Positions 48,946-59,880 of a stretch of DNA of 64,000 nucleotides are shown here, piece after piece. Source of the stretch: Phoronis australis (taxonomy: Eukaryota; Animalia; Phoronida); contig NMRA01000496.1 of the NCBI GenBank assembly GCA_002633005.1, positions 129,049 to 193,048 of the forward strand, written 5' to 3'. Made by a program: the position numbers and the translations under genes. The notes under the pieces were generated by a model. That model ran no database searches. It saw only the letters and a list, made by a program, of their open reading frames with translations, and was not told where the DNA came from. Each line of letters begins with the position of its first letter. Within the stretch, counting starts at the first letter, position 1.

Positions 48946-49341
48946 ATGGCTGGAGTCGGTGACCCGTATCACAGTGACAGTAGTGTGAGTGATGGAGACC
49001 TTGTTTACAGCACTGGTGACGAGGATTTTTTTCACGGACATTCAGTGGGTGGGTACATGTTTGAGCCCGAGTATAACGTGGCAGAGTACGCACAGGCACA
49101 GGCAGCTGTTGAGAGAAACGAGGCGGCTACTGAGGACAGACGTGGTGACACATCTTGGTGCAAATGCACTGTGTGCGTTGTTATGCCTACCTCAATGGAA
49201 TGCTTGTGCTGTTCAGAGTTCGACGAGGCCAAGCCACTACTGGACATGGTTAAGTGGACCTCCGGCATACCACGGACAGAGGAACAACTGTCCCACTTGC
49301 CAGAGTGTCCCGCGACACACTCCCACTGGATGGTGACCTGA
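48946..49341 (+). CDS. KolX-type / P2X7 cytoplasmic-ballast-like Cys-rich protein, N-terminal part (truncated near 49245)
   Basis: YMFEPEY...RRGDTSWCKCTVCVVMPTSMECLCCSE matches the PY.FEP...WCxCxxC..M....ECxCCxE pattern. Confidence 0.75.
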   Translation: MAGVGDPYHSDSSVSDGDLVYSTGDEDFFHGHSVGGYMFEPEYNVAEYAQAQAAVERNEAATEDRRGDTSWCKCTVCVVMPTSMECLCCSEFDEAKPLLDMVKWTSGIPRTEEQLSHLPECPATHSHWMVT

Positions 49342-49960
49342 GCACCCAAACTGCTTACATTGTGTCGTGTGACTCCCTCGCCACACACCTGGCACCTTCT
49401 AAATAGCTCCAACACTTTAGACAAGTCCACAATAAACTTATCAAAGTTTGGCTCACCGATCTGTTCACTGGACGACGAACTGTCCTCTTCACTGGGTGTC
49501 GAACTGGGCCTGTAATCACTCCCACTACTCAATATCGCTGCAGGGCTGCTTAGAGGCTCTGGGCTGGAGAAAACAGCACAGGGCGAATCACTACTGGTTC
49601 CAGGAATTGCACGCTCTAGGGTACGTTCGGAGGCACGGGTGGCAGTAGATGAAGTGCCTCCACTGGCTCCAGTCACTGTACTGGCCACAGCTCGCGAGGC
49701 TTCTCGCTTCAAATACGCACTTCTCGGGGGTGGCGACGGGGCACTGCCGGGAATCAACACAGACGGAATGGCAACCTTCTTCAGACGTTGTTTCGCAGGG
49801 ACCTTCAGCAGTTCAACGTACAAATCCCTTTCGTAACCGGACGACAGAAAGTGCTTGCCATACACACGGTACGTAATTCTCCACTGCTTTGTACGTTGCG
49901 TGGACGGGTAACGCTGCGTTCTTCACACGAACGAGCCAAGTACGGCGAAGTGTGTCATCC
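49240..49960 (-). pseudogene. Kolobok transposase 5' remnant (decayed THAP plus Cys/His region)
   Basis: RVYGKHF...RLKKVAIPSV (THAP end), Ser-rich linker, KFIVDLSKVLELFRRCQVC...WECVAGHSGKWDSC...MP; catalytic DDE region deleted. Confidence 0.78.
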
Positions 49961-50642
49961 ATCGGAAAGCGATGCAAAGGTACTCCCAAAGCGCGCGTGA
50001 GCCGATAATTAGTAAATCCTGGTACGCAGCAACAGTGTGGCGTGTTGACTGACTAGTAAATGAAAGCAAACGACGACGGAACTTAACACAACCGAGGTAG
50101 AACAATGACTGACTCGGCAGCTCTCACAGTCAGACTATATGAAAAGAAATTGGCGCGAAATGCTTGCCTCCTAAAACGTCACTTCCGGAGTAGCGGACGA
50201 GTAATTAATAAAATTACGAAAAGCTGTAATTAAGTGGAAAATATGTCTAGGATAATCAACCAACCTTATTTTAGCTCAAAATGACATGGAAAAAGGTTGC
50301 CTTCGCCTTTAATTATTGATTAAAAACCACATTTTAATTCTTATTCGATTATAAGCGGATGTCAGTTTACGTATTTTACCCATATTCAACCACACAGTAA
50401 TTTTATTGCATGTCGAATGTCATTAAAGTATGAATTTATCAGTTTACATGGTTCGGACCCGCCGCTAAAGTTGTTTATTCGTAGCTTGGGGCGCTAGTTT
50501 TTCGACCGATAACCATGACGAAGTGAACTCTCCTATTCTTCGTACACTCCTTGCTACAAGTTCCGCCATTAAATCAAATCTGAGTGTATTCTCTCAGCAA
50601 CTCCCGTGTTCACGCGAGCAGCTACGATTGCACTGTGCTCGT

Positions 50643-52190
50643 ATAGACCTAACTCACGCGGCGGACATTAAAATCTAAAGCGAGGCTCACTGCGATAAAT
50701 AAAGCGGAAATTTTCATTGCGTGAGTTAAATGGCCGGTATTTCGAGTCCAACCTGGATATTAAATCTTAATAATGCGTCGATGATTAACCACAGAGACGT
50801 AGAGAAATACATTAGAGTACAAGTCAATACACCAAAGAGTTGTCTGACGAAAGGGTATAAGGTTTTTTCGGAAAATTATGTTCGAAACATGAAAAGTAAA
50901 TATGACCAAACTGCGGCGATCGTCACGGTAGCGTTACGGATTAGGTATTATGCTGAATGCAGGGTTACGTTTCTTCTTGTGAATTGTTGATAAAAATGCT
51001 TTCTACACGAACCAGATCATCTGCTTGTATTTTTGACGAGTTAAAGATATACTCGACAGTCTCTCATCGCATTTTGCTGTCATGTGCAATTAGTCACATC
51101 TGGTTTAATTTGTAGATCAAAAGTATTAACATCAAGCATATAGCCTATGTCCTGGTGACGTAGGAACTACCGGGACTAACAAGTTATTTGTCATTGATCT
51201 GAAAGAATAACTGATGTTATTAAATATATTTTTATTAAAGTAAAAACAGGCTCGTAATTGAAAATAAAAAATATTTGACCATTTTTTGAATTTTGAAAAT
51301 AAAAAGAGTAAAAAACGAGTACAGCCTCAGAAATCGCTTTTGCATTATATCTAGGTTCTCATTCACTCCCTTGCACACATTCACAAGTAATTATTTGACC
51401 ATCAATTCTGCTTTTTTGGTTTTAATATTTCTATTACGTCTATTCCATGTGTTAGGTTTCAAATATCAATCTGGACCAAGTTGAATTTTAAAATTAAAAC
51501 ACTTTACTCGTTCGTCCAAAGCATAACCTTGTTTATGAGCTCAATTTCAGTTAACTGCACAGTGCAAGCATCGTAGTTATCAAGTTTCTTCAGGGGCCTC
51601 GTTCATCCCGAGGAAAGGTGCTTGTGTGTCTTCGTGAGAGGGGCATTTTTTCGCCGAGTGAGGAGAAAAATCTACCTCCCGATCATCATCAACAACACAC
51701 CCTCCCCGTGCCCTTTCAAATTGTCACCTGTGTGGATACAGGTGATTTGAACTTCGGAGAGAACTTTTCAATCACTACGGGAATTTTTAGGGCCTCGTGG
51801 GGGGGATTTTGGGGGATTTTTCAATATTTTTGAGAGGGGAATAGGGCCAATATTCGGCCCCAAAATCGAGGGATTGAGGGCCCTGTCTTTTTTGGAAAGA
51901 AACATGCATCATCTTTCAACCCGTTGTGATGAAAACACAGCCTGGCTGACCGAAGATTCTCCGGTTGTTGCTATTACGCCTCGGCAACCGAGATGCGACA
52001 AAATAGGATCTAACTTTCCGGAAACATTTATAAATTTTACACGGACATCCTTCGTCGCGCGTATGGCAACTCCCCAACGCTTCCGTTCGAGCAACGCGGA
52101 ATACAGCCAGTACGCCGATAAACCAACAGAGATATCGTAGCGGGAGCCTCATTTTGAAACGCGCCTCCTGTCGGCGTGAATTAGGTCTAT
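50643..52190. mobile_element. TAGACC-terminated non-autonomous DNA element with convergent ORF remnants
   Basis: TIR ATAGACCTAA(C/T)TCACGC; + remnant 50730-50895 (W..NL...LTKGYKVFSENYV, resembling the N-termini of transposon SWIM/YqaJ proteins); CAGGG-ended insert at about 51591-51884. Confidence 0.55.
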
Positions 52191-52399
52191 GGACGAGTGC
52201 AATGTACGCGCTCTCAAAATAATACGTCAGCGTACGTTCTACGCATTTGAGTCAAAAGGACTGCTTGGCGGCACGCCAACTGGGCTGCATATGGTTCAGT
52301 AAACAGGTGCTAAAGAGTTGATATTGAGAATGGCCGTTCGACGTATAACCTCGTGAGTATTGTACATTGGAGCAAATCGGACGGCAGCGAGGACACTGG

Positions 52400-53030
52400 G
52401 CACTAGGTCGCGGTAATGAAGACATTCAATGGAAGGGGGGCACAGAACAGTTCTCACATGGGTTTGCCTATCAGAACACACGTCAATGGACTCGTCATCC
52501 TTTCTTCATTCAGTCAAACTTGTATGCAAAGAACGAAAAGTCATTTCACATCACAAACCCTACAGACGAGCACAGAAACTTTATTCTCTCTTGTATTTTT
52601 GACTCTTTCAGTCCTACTGAAAAGCAAGTTAGACTAAGAGGAAAGGGGCAAAAAACGCAAAATTGGCACTTTACCCCAAAACCACCACTTCCCGGCTGCC
52701 GATGCTCGACCAAAGCCAACATTAGATTCAGAAAGCAAATTTCCTACCAGTTCCAAAAAGTTAGTCCAGAAGTACTGTCAGCCAAATCTAGCTTGTTAGA
52801 GGGCTACCTGAAATCGCAGCCAATTTCTGAGTCGTGTGGAAAGAGGAGTGAAGAAGACGTCTTTAATCGAACACTACTTTATTGTGGACTGACCTCGGTA
52901 CAAGAAAATGTTATGCAATACTCAAGACCACATGCATATGAGTCACATTTCATAGAGCTGTTTGGCATGAGATATATAATGAATCATTCAAACTAATTGT
53001 GCCATATAAGGTAGGTGTAGTTCCAGTACA
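52400..53030 (+). mobile_element. Probable decayed LINE ORF2 C-terminus (zf-RVT-like)
   Basis: FQKVSPEVLSAKSSLLEGYLKSQPISESCGKRSEEDVFNRTLLYC resembles FQ.K..H..L.T...L......C..CG...E...H.L..C. Confidence 0.4.
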
Positions 53031-56000
53031 AACCACAATACTATTACAGCCAGCAATGCACAATTACAAAAAGGAGCCGCCATCTTGAGGAAAAGTGCAG
53101 CTACAGCAGAGCAAGTAGTCTTTTTTCATTCTCAACATGTTCACAATTACAAAAAACACATTCATCTAGTCTACATACAATACCTACCTAAAAATGCCCC
53201 CCAAGCCTGACCTACCACAGGATTTTGATATCTTGGAAATGCCAATTGGTCACGGCCGCAGCCTAGCTGTTCGGTGCCACCGAACGACTCTACGTCGCTC
53301 TATGAGCGTATTACGCACAGAAGGATACTTTTCGTTTCATGGCATATTCCCATTGAATCAAACTGCTAATTGCATTATATTACGGAACTTATTAGTGGGC
53401 AGCACAAAATAGGGAACTTTTTTCAGTGCTGCGCCGTCCACGGTCTATGGGCGGTGCACCACAGGGGGGATGGGGGGTTATAGCCCCATTTTTTCAGTGT
53501 TGCGCCACCCATGGCAATTTCAGACCTTTGGACTAGTGGACTTTTGGTTTTTCGGACATGAAGACTTTAATGCAATTGGAACTTCGGACAATCGATCTGG
53601 TCCTTTAAGATCATTGACCCTAAGAATCGCTTACTAACTTGTTCTAAATAACATTTTTTCTGTTGGAATCACGCGTTCGTTTATAGTCCTAATAACATCT
53701 AATTCCAGTAGTTATTTTGAGCTTTGCAACGGAAGACCACGTCTCGATTGTGGTCGTCTTAATTACACGGCGATTCTTAGTATTTTGCCTAATGAATTTG
53801 ACGCGATGTTAGGCTTTTTTATCAAAGTCTGTCTCTGTCTGTAATCTTGGTACATTATGGGTGGAGAATTGCGTATTTAAAGCCCACGCACAAATGACAA
53901 ATTATATTTTTACCACATGAAATGCATATGCTCCTAATCAAATGCTTATGTATTCTTGGTCAACGATGCATGTTGTTTTTTATTGCACTACACACGTTAA
54001 TTAACGGCTTTAATTACTATGACCTCGCCCCTTAACAAGCTTCATTTAACGCCGAAGCAACTCGAGATGGTGCTCGAGTGTATCGAAGCTATATCATAAC
54101 ATCATCAAGACAACAAGAGCCAGTGGGCTCGGGTGAAAATTTTCCCCAAGAGGAGGACCCGTCTGTCGACTGACTGTACATTATATACTATAATTTTCGA
54201 TTTGGAGTTGAAATTCGTTCGTTTGCATTAATTAACCAAATACGACAAAGACTCTTTAGCTAAGCCAGTGGCGTGCAGAAAGGGAGGGCACGCTCACCGG
54301 GGCAGGCCATCCAATTACTGTAAATAAATATTTTACTTTTTACAATTTGAAATTGTCCCACTTCGTTGCACAAGCGTAACTCTCACTTACAACTTGCATA
54401 ATTCTTCACGACCGATAAATTTATTTATCGTAATATATATTGCCCGGGTTACGCCACGAGCTACGTTGCAGAGTAAAACAAGGTGAGGATTGAGAATAGT
54501 GCCATTTATTATGACGTAAAAGAACTAAATAAGACTCTGCAAGATGGGCATTGAGAAAACGCCAATCAGGTGTCATGTAGAGAAATGCATGAATACAAAA
54601 GTAAACCCTTAAGGCTATAAACAGAGATGAGTAATGCAAAATAAACCCTAAGGGTTGAATATAAAATATTTTGTCAAATGTCAAAATAATGACGATAAAT
54701 GCATTTAACAAGTTAAATTTAATTACTTGATATCAACAGAATTAGTAACGCGTCTGAATGGGTATTTTCCATAAAAATTTCAACTAAATCGGCGAATCGT
54801 GCTTGTATAGAAAATTTATTAACGATAAAGAGAGATACATCTTAAGCAAAATAACTTATTTTCCAGATAGTCCTCACAAAAATACACACAACATACATGG
54901 TAATGAAAAAGGTTTAAACAATAAAAGGGACATGGGGATACAATACTAATGAATTACAATTATTGGGGACAAATAAAACAACAAGAATAATGTATCTTTT
55001 AAGTTGTATTGGGAATTTCAGGGTCACAGCTCTACAAATAAATATTTCACAGAAGGAACCAGATGTGTTCCTTAATTACAAGAGATAACACACACATTTC
55101 CGATACCCAAAGTACAATTGAGTATCGGATGCTAAGTGGCACAGGTTAGCATAGTACCAAATGGGTACATAATACCAAATGGGTATTGGCCGATTGCCTA
55201 CCAACTGGGTCGAGCAAAACGGCAAATTCAATAACAAGTACCAAGTGGGTACAAACTGCCAAATGGGCAAATATCATATAAAGTACCAAGTGGGTACACC
55301 AAACAGCCAACTGGGCTATAACAACCTGCAAAGCAAGGTTCCGGACAAGCTGAGTGAGCAGACCAGCCGGAGTGATAAAAAGAGATATTGTAAGGAACGT
55401 GGTGTTGTGGCTCAGTATGTGCCACATGGGTTGTTCGTGGATGAACAATCTTGTCCACCGCCACAATTACAATTAATTTCATAATGGCGCAGAAGAGGAA
55501 GTTTTACGTGAAAATGATAAAATTAAAACACTGTATTTGAATTAAGTAAAAATATTTAAATAAAAAGAGGAAAGCAATGTGCAAATATTAGTGATATTGC
55601 CGCAAGATCCAGAATAAGTAAACTTTACTGACAAATGTGTCCGAATGGAAACTTCTTTGGCATATCCAAGCTCAGCAGTCTTCTCTTCCTTCTAATGATA
55701 AACGACCCGTTTACCTCCACATGCATTATACTTAGAAGCAGGAAAAATAATTTTTAAATCTCTGGTCTTAGAGCAAAAATTAGTCTTTCAACAAGCCGCC
55801 ATCTTTACTCCTGACCACATTCCAGAAAATAGATCAGCCGATTACATCTGACGAAATGAACTACCACTCAAAATAAGTGACTGAGCATCATGTTAAATAT
55901 TCAAACGTATTCATAGTTAGAAAAAATATGAAATTCTTGGCCTACAAAGGAGTGCCCCTTTAATTCGTTTTTCATTTTGCGATTTTTGTATAGTATTTAT

Positions 56001-57535
56001 TTTCTACAATCTTTAGTGGAAAACAGAACAGGAAAAAAGCGAGCCAGAGACGAAGCATGTGCAGTCAAAGGCAGCCGGAAGTGCAATCACGGAGAGCCAG
56101 AGGCGTAGAATCTGAAATCAAACACAGCCAGGGAGGAAGAATGTGCAGTCAAAGAAAGCCAGCGAAGAAGAATGTGAAGTCAGAGAACCATTGGATGTTT
56201 GGATAAAACGAAGCAACGAAGTAGATGCGTAAAAGAAGTGTCAAATGACGTTGGAATGAATACAGCTGTGGCTTCTAGTATGATGGGGTCAACTCAGTCA
56301 AAATATAATACTCTCTCTGCCCAATCTCATTGTAAGGATGGTGACGTCAATGATTCACGAGAAGATAACGATTTTCATTGGCCCATTTTTGCAAAAAATA
56401 AGAGTTTGTCGACTTGAAGAAGCCCATTAAAGGTTACTTGAAGAGCACAATATCACAACATGGTCTGGAAAGATAACAGCGGTCCATGATTTGCTGAGAA
56501 GGAAAGGGGATCCATTTCAAAACAATGGTTTAAAAATGTGCACAAAATTAAAATTGGTAAAGAGGACATGGTTACACTTGTCCTCCTCGTCAAACTTTAG
56601 CAAGGACTACGATATCTCCAGCTGGAGAAAACTGAATCCACGAGTGACCACGAGAACAGTCCGTGTCATAGAGAAGTATGGGGGAATGCCTGAACCTCAA
56701 AGTTTGACTTTTACGTTCGACTACGACAGATGCTGAATTTCAACAAAAAAATGTCTGCGATAAAAGAAAGACGAAAAGTTATAACTGAACGGGTTCTCTA
56801 GGTTAACCATTTCTGACAAAAAAATCTAGCCTTTTATAAAAAAATCATCTCAGACCGTTCGTGTCACAAGAGCGACTGACCAACTTGGCTTCAATCAGCA
56901 TTGGAAAAGAATGTCTCACAGCCGATGAGCTACTTCAAATGTGTCTATTTTTAATTCATCTTTCTTACCTTTCGTGGTACTCGGATCCGTGCGTCTGAGT
57001 CTAAAGAGGGGCATCCAATAACGAAAATCGTCAAATCACTGCACGCTACCGAGCTGATCCAAAACGTCGCATGCACAACGTCGCAATTCATGAACTCGGC
57101 ACATTCATTGAACTCACCTTTGAAGCGTCAAGCTAGACTTCCAGTTTCTGCATAAAAATGAAATATATATGACATTAAATGTTAATTAGCTAATTAAAAC
57201 TCTCGATGTAAATAAAGATTTAAACAAATGGTGTTTGTTAGCATGACAGTTGACACTGTACATAGATGAGATAATGCAGCCGGCGAGTGATCGGAGATAA
57301 CACACAGATTCATTGTCAGTGAGTGGGTGGTGGTGCTTTGACAAGGTGCAGTTAAGTCGACCTCCAAAATTATCGAAGTCAAAATTGAAAATGTATTCAT
57401 GGAGGAAACTGTAAAATCCAGCTCGGCCTATGAAATCAATAACTACCCACTTTTGTGGGGTTTTGAGGAATCTAAATGACCGACTTTTGAGCGATTGTAG
57501 GCAAATATATCGTACAGTATTCAGTGCATGGCAGC

Positions 57536-58296
57536 CAGGCCTTCATGCAGCGTACATCCTGGGCGTCCATTTGGACGCCACAGCAATAATCTGAACGCCC
57601 TGGTAAGGTCGCCCAATGTATCATTTGGACGCCCTGTCAATCAGAATTTCTCCTTTGGACACCCACATTGTAAGATTACTAGGACACCTCAGTTAATGGA
57701 AGAGAGAAGTTGGGCCTTTCAACTCAGAAATAAATATACAATGTATATAAAATGTATGTAAAATGTTACAATGTTCAAACTATTTTCAAAGTATTTAGTA
57801 GACCTGTCAATCATAAGCACGTGTTTGGTTGCCAGAGTGTCTCTGCCATAGACATCTTAGCATCATTTGTGCATTTTTCTTCTGTTGGTAATTGCAGTTT
57901 TGAAGACTCATTGTACAAAATATAAAGCTAGTTAAGATGATATGATAAACTTTATAACAACAATTTGCACTCATCGTTCAACCAAAATCTGTAATATCTG
58001 TAACCTGTTTGGTTAGCTGTGAATTTGGCTGTTTTCGTAAATTTGGACATAAAAGTCCTGATCCACACAGTTTTTTTAGCAAATATATCACTGCAAGAGA
58101 GCTGTTTTTGTAAACTTACATGTAAAAGCCTTGTTCAATGCATTTTTGTAAAAAACCTCTGTGTGTGTGGGGGCAGGTGGTTACTGGTGAATGGTGGTGG
58201 GGAGTGGGGGTAATGCGTCATTGGCATCATGGACGCCCTGGAATATTGGGAACCCCATTTTGGACGCCTATTTTCGAAATCCTAGATAAAGCCCTG
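57536..58296. mobile_element. hAT-type MITE, 761 bp, perfect 8-bp TSD ATGGCAGC
   Basis: CAGGCCTTCATGCAG / CTAGATAAAGCCCTG termini, subterminal GGACGCC/GGACAC repeats, TSD at 57528-57535 and 58297-58304. Confidence 0.88.
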
Positions 58297-59654
58297 ATGG
58301 CAGCACTACCGTTTCTGACTTACTGGAGCCTCAGACCGACAGGACTTGAAAATGAATTCCGTAAAATACACTGCAATTATTTGGTGGCAGAGGAAGGTAC
58401 AATTCAACTGTACAACAATTTTCTGTTCTAAAATACGTGCCAAGAACCAAATTAGCTTTTTGTCCATTGTGCGACAACTTTGTGGATATCAGAAACTCTG
58501 TACAAAGTCATGCTGAAATACATAAAGAATATCTCTGTAGAACTGAGTAAATGTCAAAAATTGTCATCTGATGTGTATTCTACCTTCTGTCACGCCATGT
58601 GAGAAAGACCAGTGCTCAAAACGTGGGTTCTGGACTATAATGTTCGCCTTTATATCTCATTTATGTTTGCTCAGTTTGATCGCCGGTCTTATGGGTTTAG
58701 TTTTAAATTAAGCGTAATAAATGTGAAAGATGGAATAATGTGGTTAATGTTGCAAGCTTTTGTGAGGCATTTATATTTGTGAGATGAGCTAGTTTTATCT
58801 GCACGTTGTTTATTAACAGCAATAGCTTTATCAATAATCCAGTTTAATTTATTAGAAAATAATACTGCCTCATATGACGCCTCACTGCAAAAAAAGAATA
58901 TTTTCAAATTGAATATCGATTCGTTTTGTGTTGAAAGACCGTAACGACGTGACTTCGATAAAACCCTTCTATGTGCGTGTCTCTGCTTATTATTTTGACA
59001 TTTAGTGAACTGATTTAGAAGAAAATTCATCTAAATGTGTGTGCCTATGTCTAGCGTAATTACTTACAGTCAATTACGTGATTGTTAAAGGATTGTAAAT
59101 TGAATGGGACTTAGAATTCGATCAACTACAGACTACGCAATAACAGGAGTCATGGTGTCATTGACTCTCAATCGCCTTCATGTGGTTAAAAAAGTTTATC
59201 GAATATAAATGGGGAGTATAATAATGAGTCCTAATGGCATTTAAACAAGGTCATTAGAAACCCATTGCCTCACGTTGTTTGCGAATAAATGTTGTTTTCC
59301 TTGTTGGAGTTTTTTCATGAGTAATTTTCAACAGTGCTTATACACGAAAAACACATCCAAACAACGTTTCGCACTGTCTTGCTAATTAATTGTTTCCTTA
59401 CGCGATGAGAGATGAAGTCGACAAGTTCATCGTTTTTAACTTGGTACGTATCACAAATATGGCACGTGGATACCAGCTCCACGTCTACGTGGGTTTTAGG
59501 TTGATGATGCCTTTTTATGTTGATCACAATGGAGAACTACTCTTCTTTTACGAAGTTATGAACTGCTGGAGTGCTTCCTGACAATTAGTGTTACTCTGGG
59601 CTAGTTGTTTTTACCACGTATTTACTTATGTATAAATTTACGTATATGTAAATA

Positions 59655-59880
59655 ATTGTCTGTCTGTCCGTCCATCCGTCTGCCTGTCTGCACGTCTGCC
59701 TCTCTGTCTGTCTGCATATCTATCTATATATCTATTTACCTGTCTATCTGTCAATCTGTCCATCTGAGCTAGCTAGGCTAGCTAGCGAAGCGTCAGTAGT
59801 GCATATACACAAGGACATATAGCTAGATAGCTAGTTAGCAAAGCTAGCTAGTCTAGGTAGTTATCTATATACCTATCTAC
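59655..59880. repeat. Compound (TCTG)/(TCTA)/(CTAG) microsatellite
   Basis: Degenerate tetranucleotide runs. Confidence 0.8.

Larger units (their letters stand above)
48612..50308. mobile_element. Internally deleted Kolobok transposon with 158-bp TIRs and TTAA TSD
   Basis: 48612-48769 vs 50151-50308 differ at about 5 positions; TTAA at 48608-48611 and 50309-50312; two convergent ORF remnants inside. Confidence 0.92.
39028..50553. mobile_element. CAAGG-terminated (P-element-like) non-autonomous host element, ~1.3 kb core, expanded by nested insertions
   Basis: TIR CAAGGAGTGTA....AATAGGAG at both ends; flanks ccataag / ctacaag match 5/7 (possible decayed 7-bp TSD). Confidence 0.6.

Noticed and set aside
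49032-49865. 277-aa ORF as an intact protein
   Set aside because: GTG start inside a broken THAP, and the last ~70 codons are antisense read-through of the KolX-like ORF across the deletion junction.
52367-52996. 209-aa ORF as a novel host gene
   Set aside because: TTG start, no splice context, and the C-terminus resembles a decayed LINE zinc-binding region.
55940-55963. Kolobok-like end GAGTGCCCCT|TTAA
   Set aside because: No matching left terminus found by eye.
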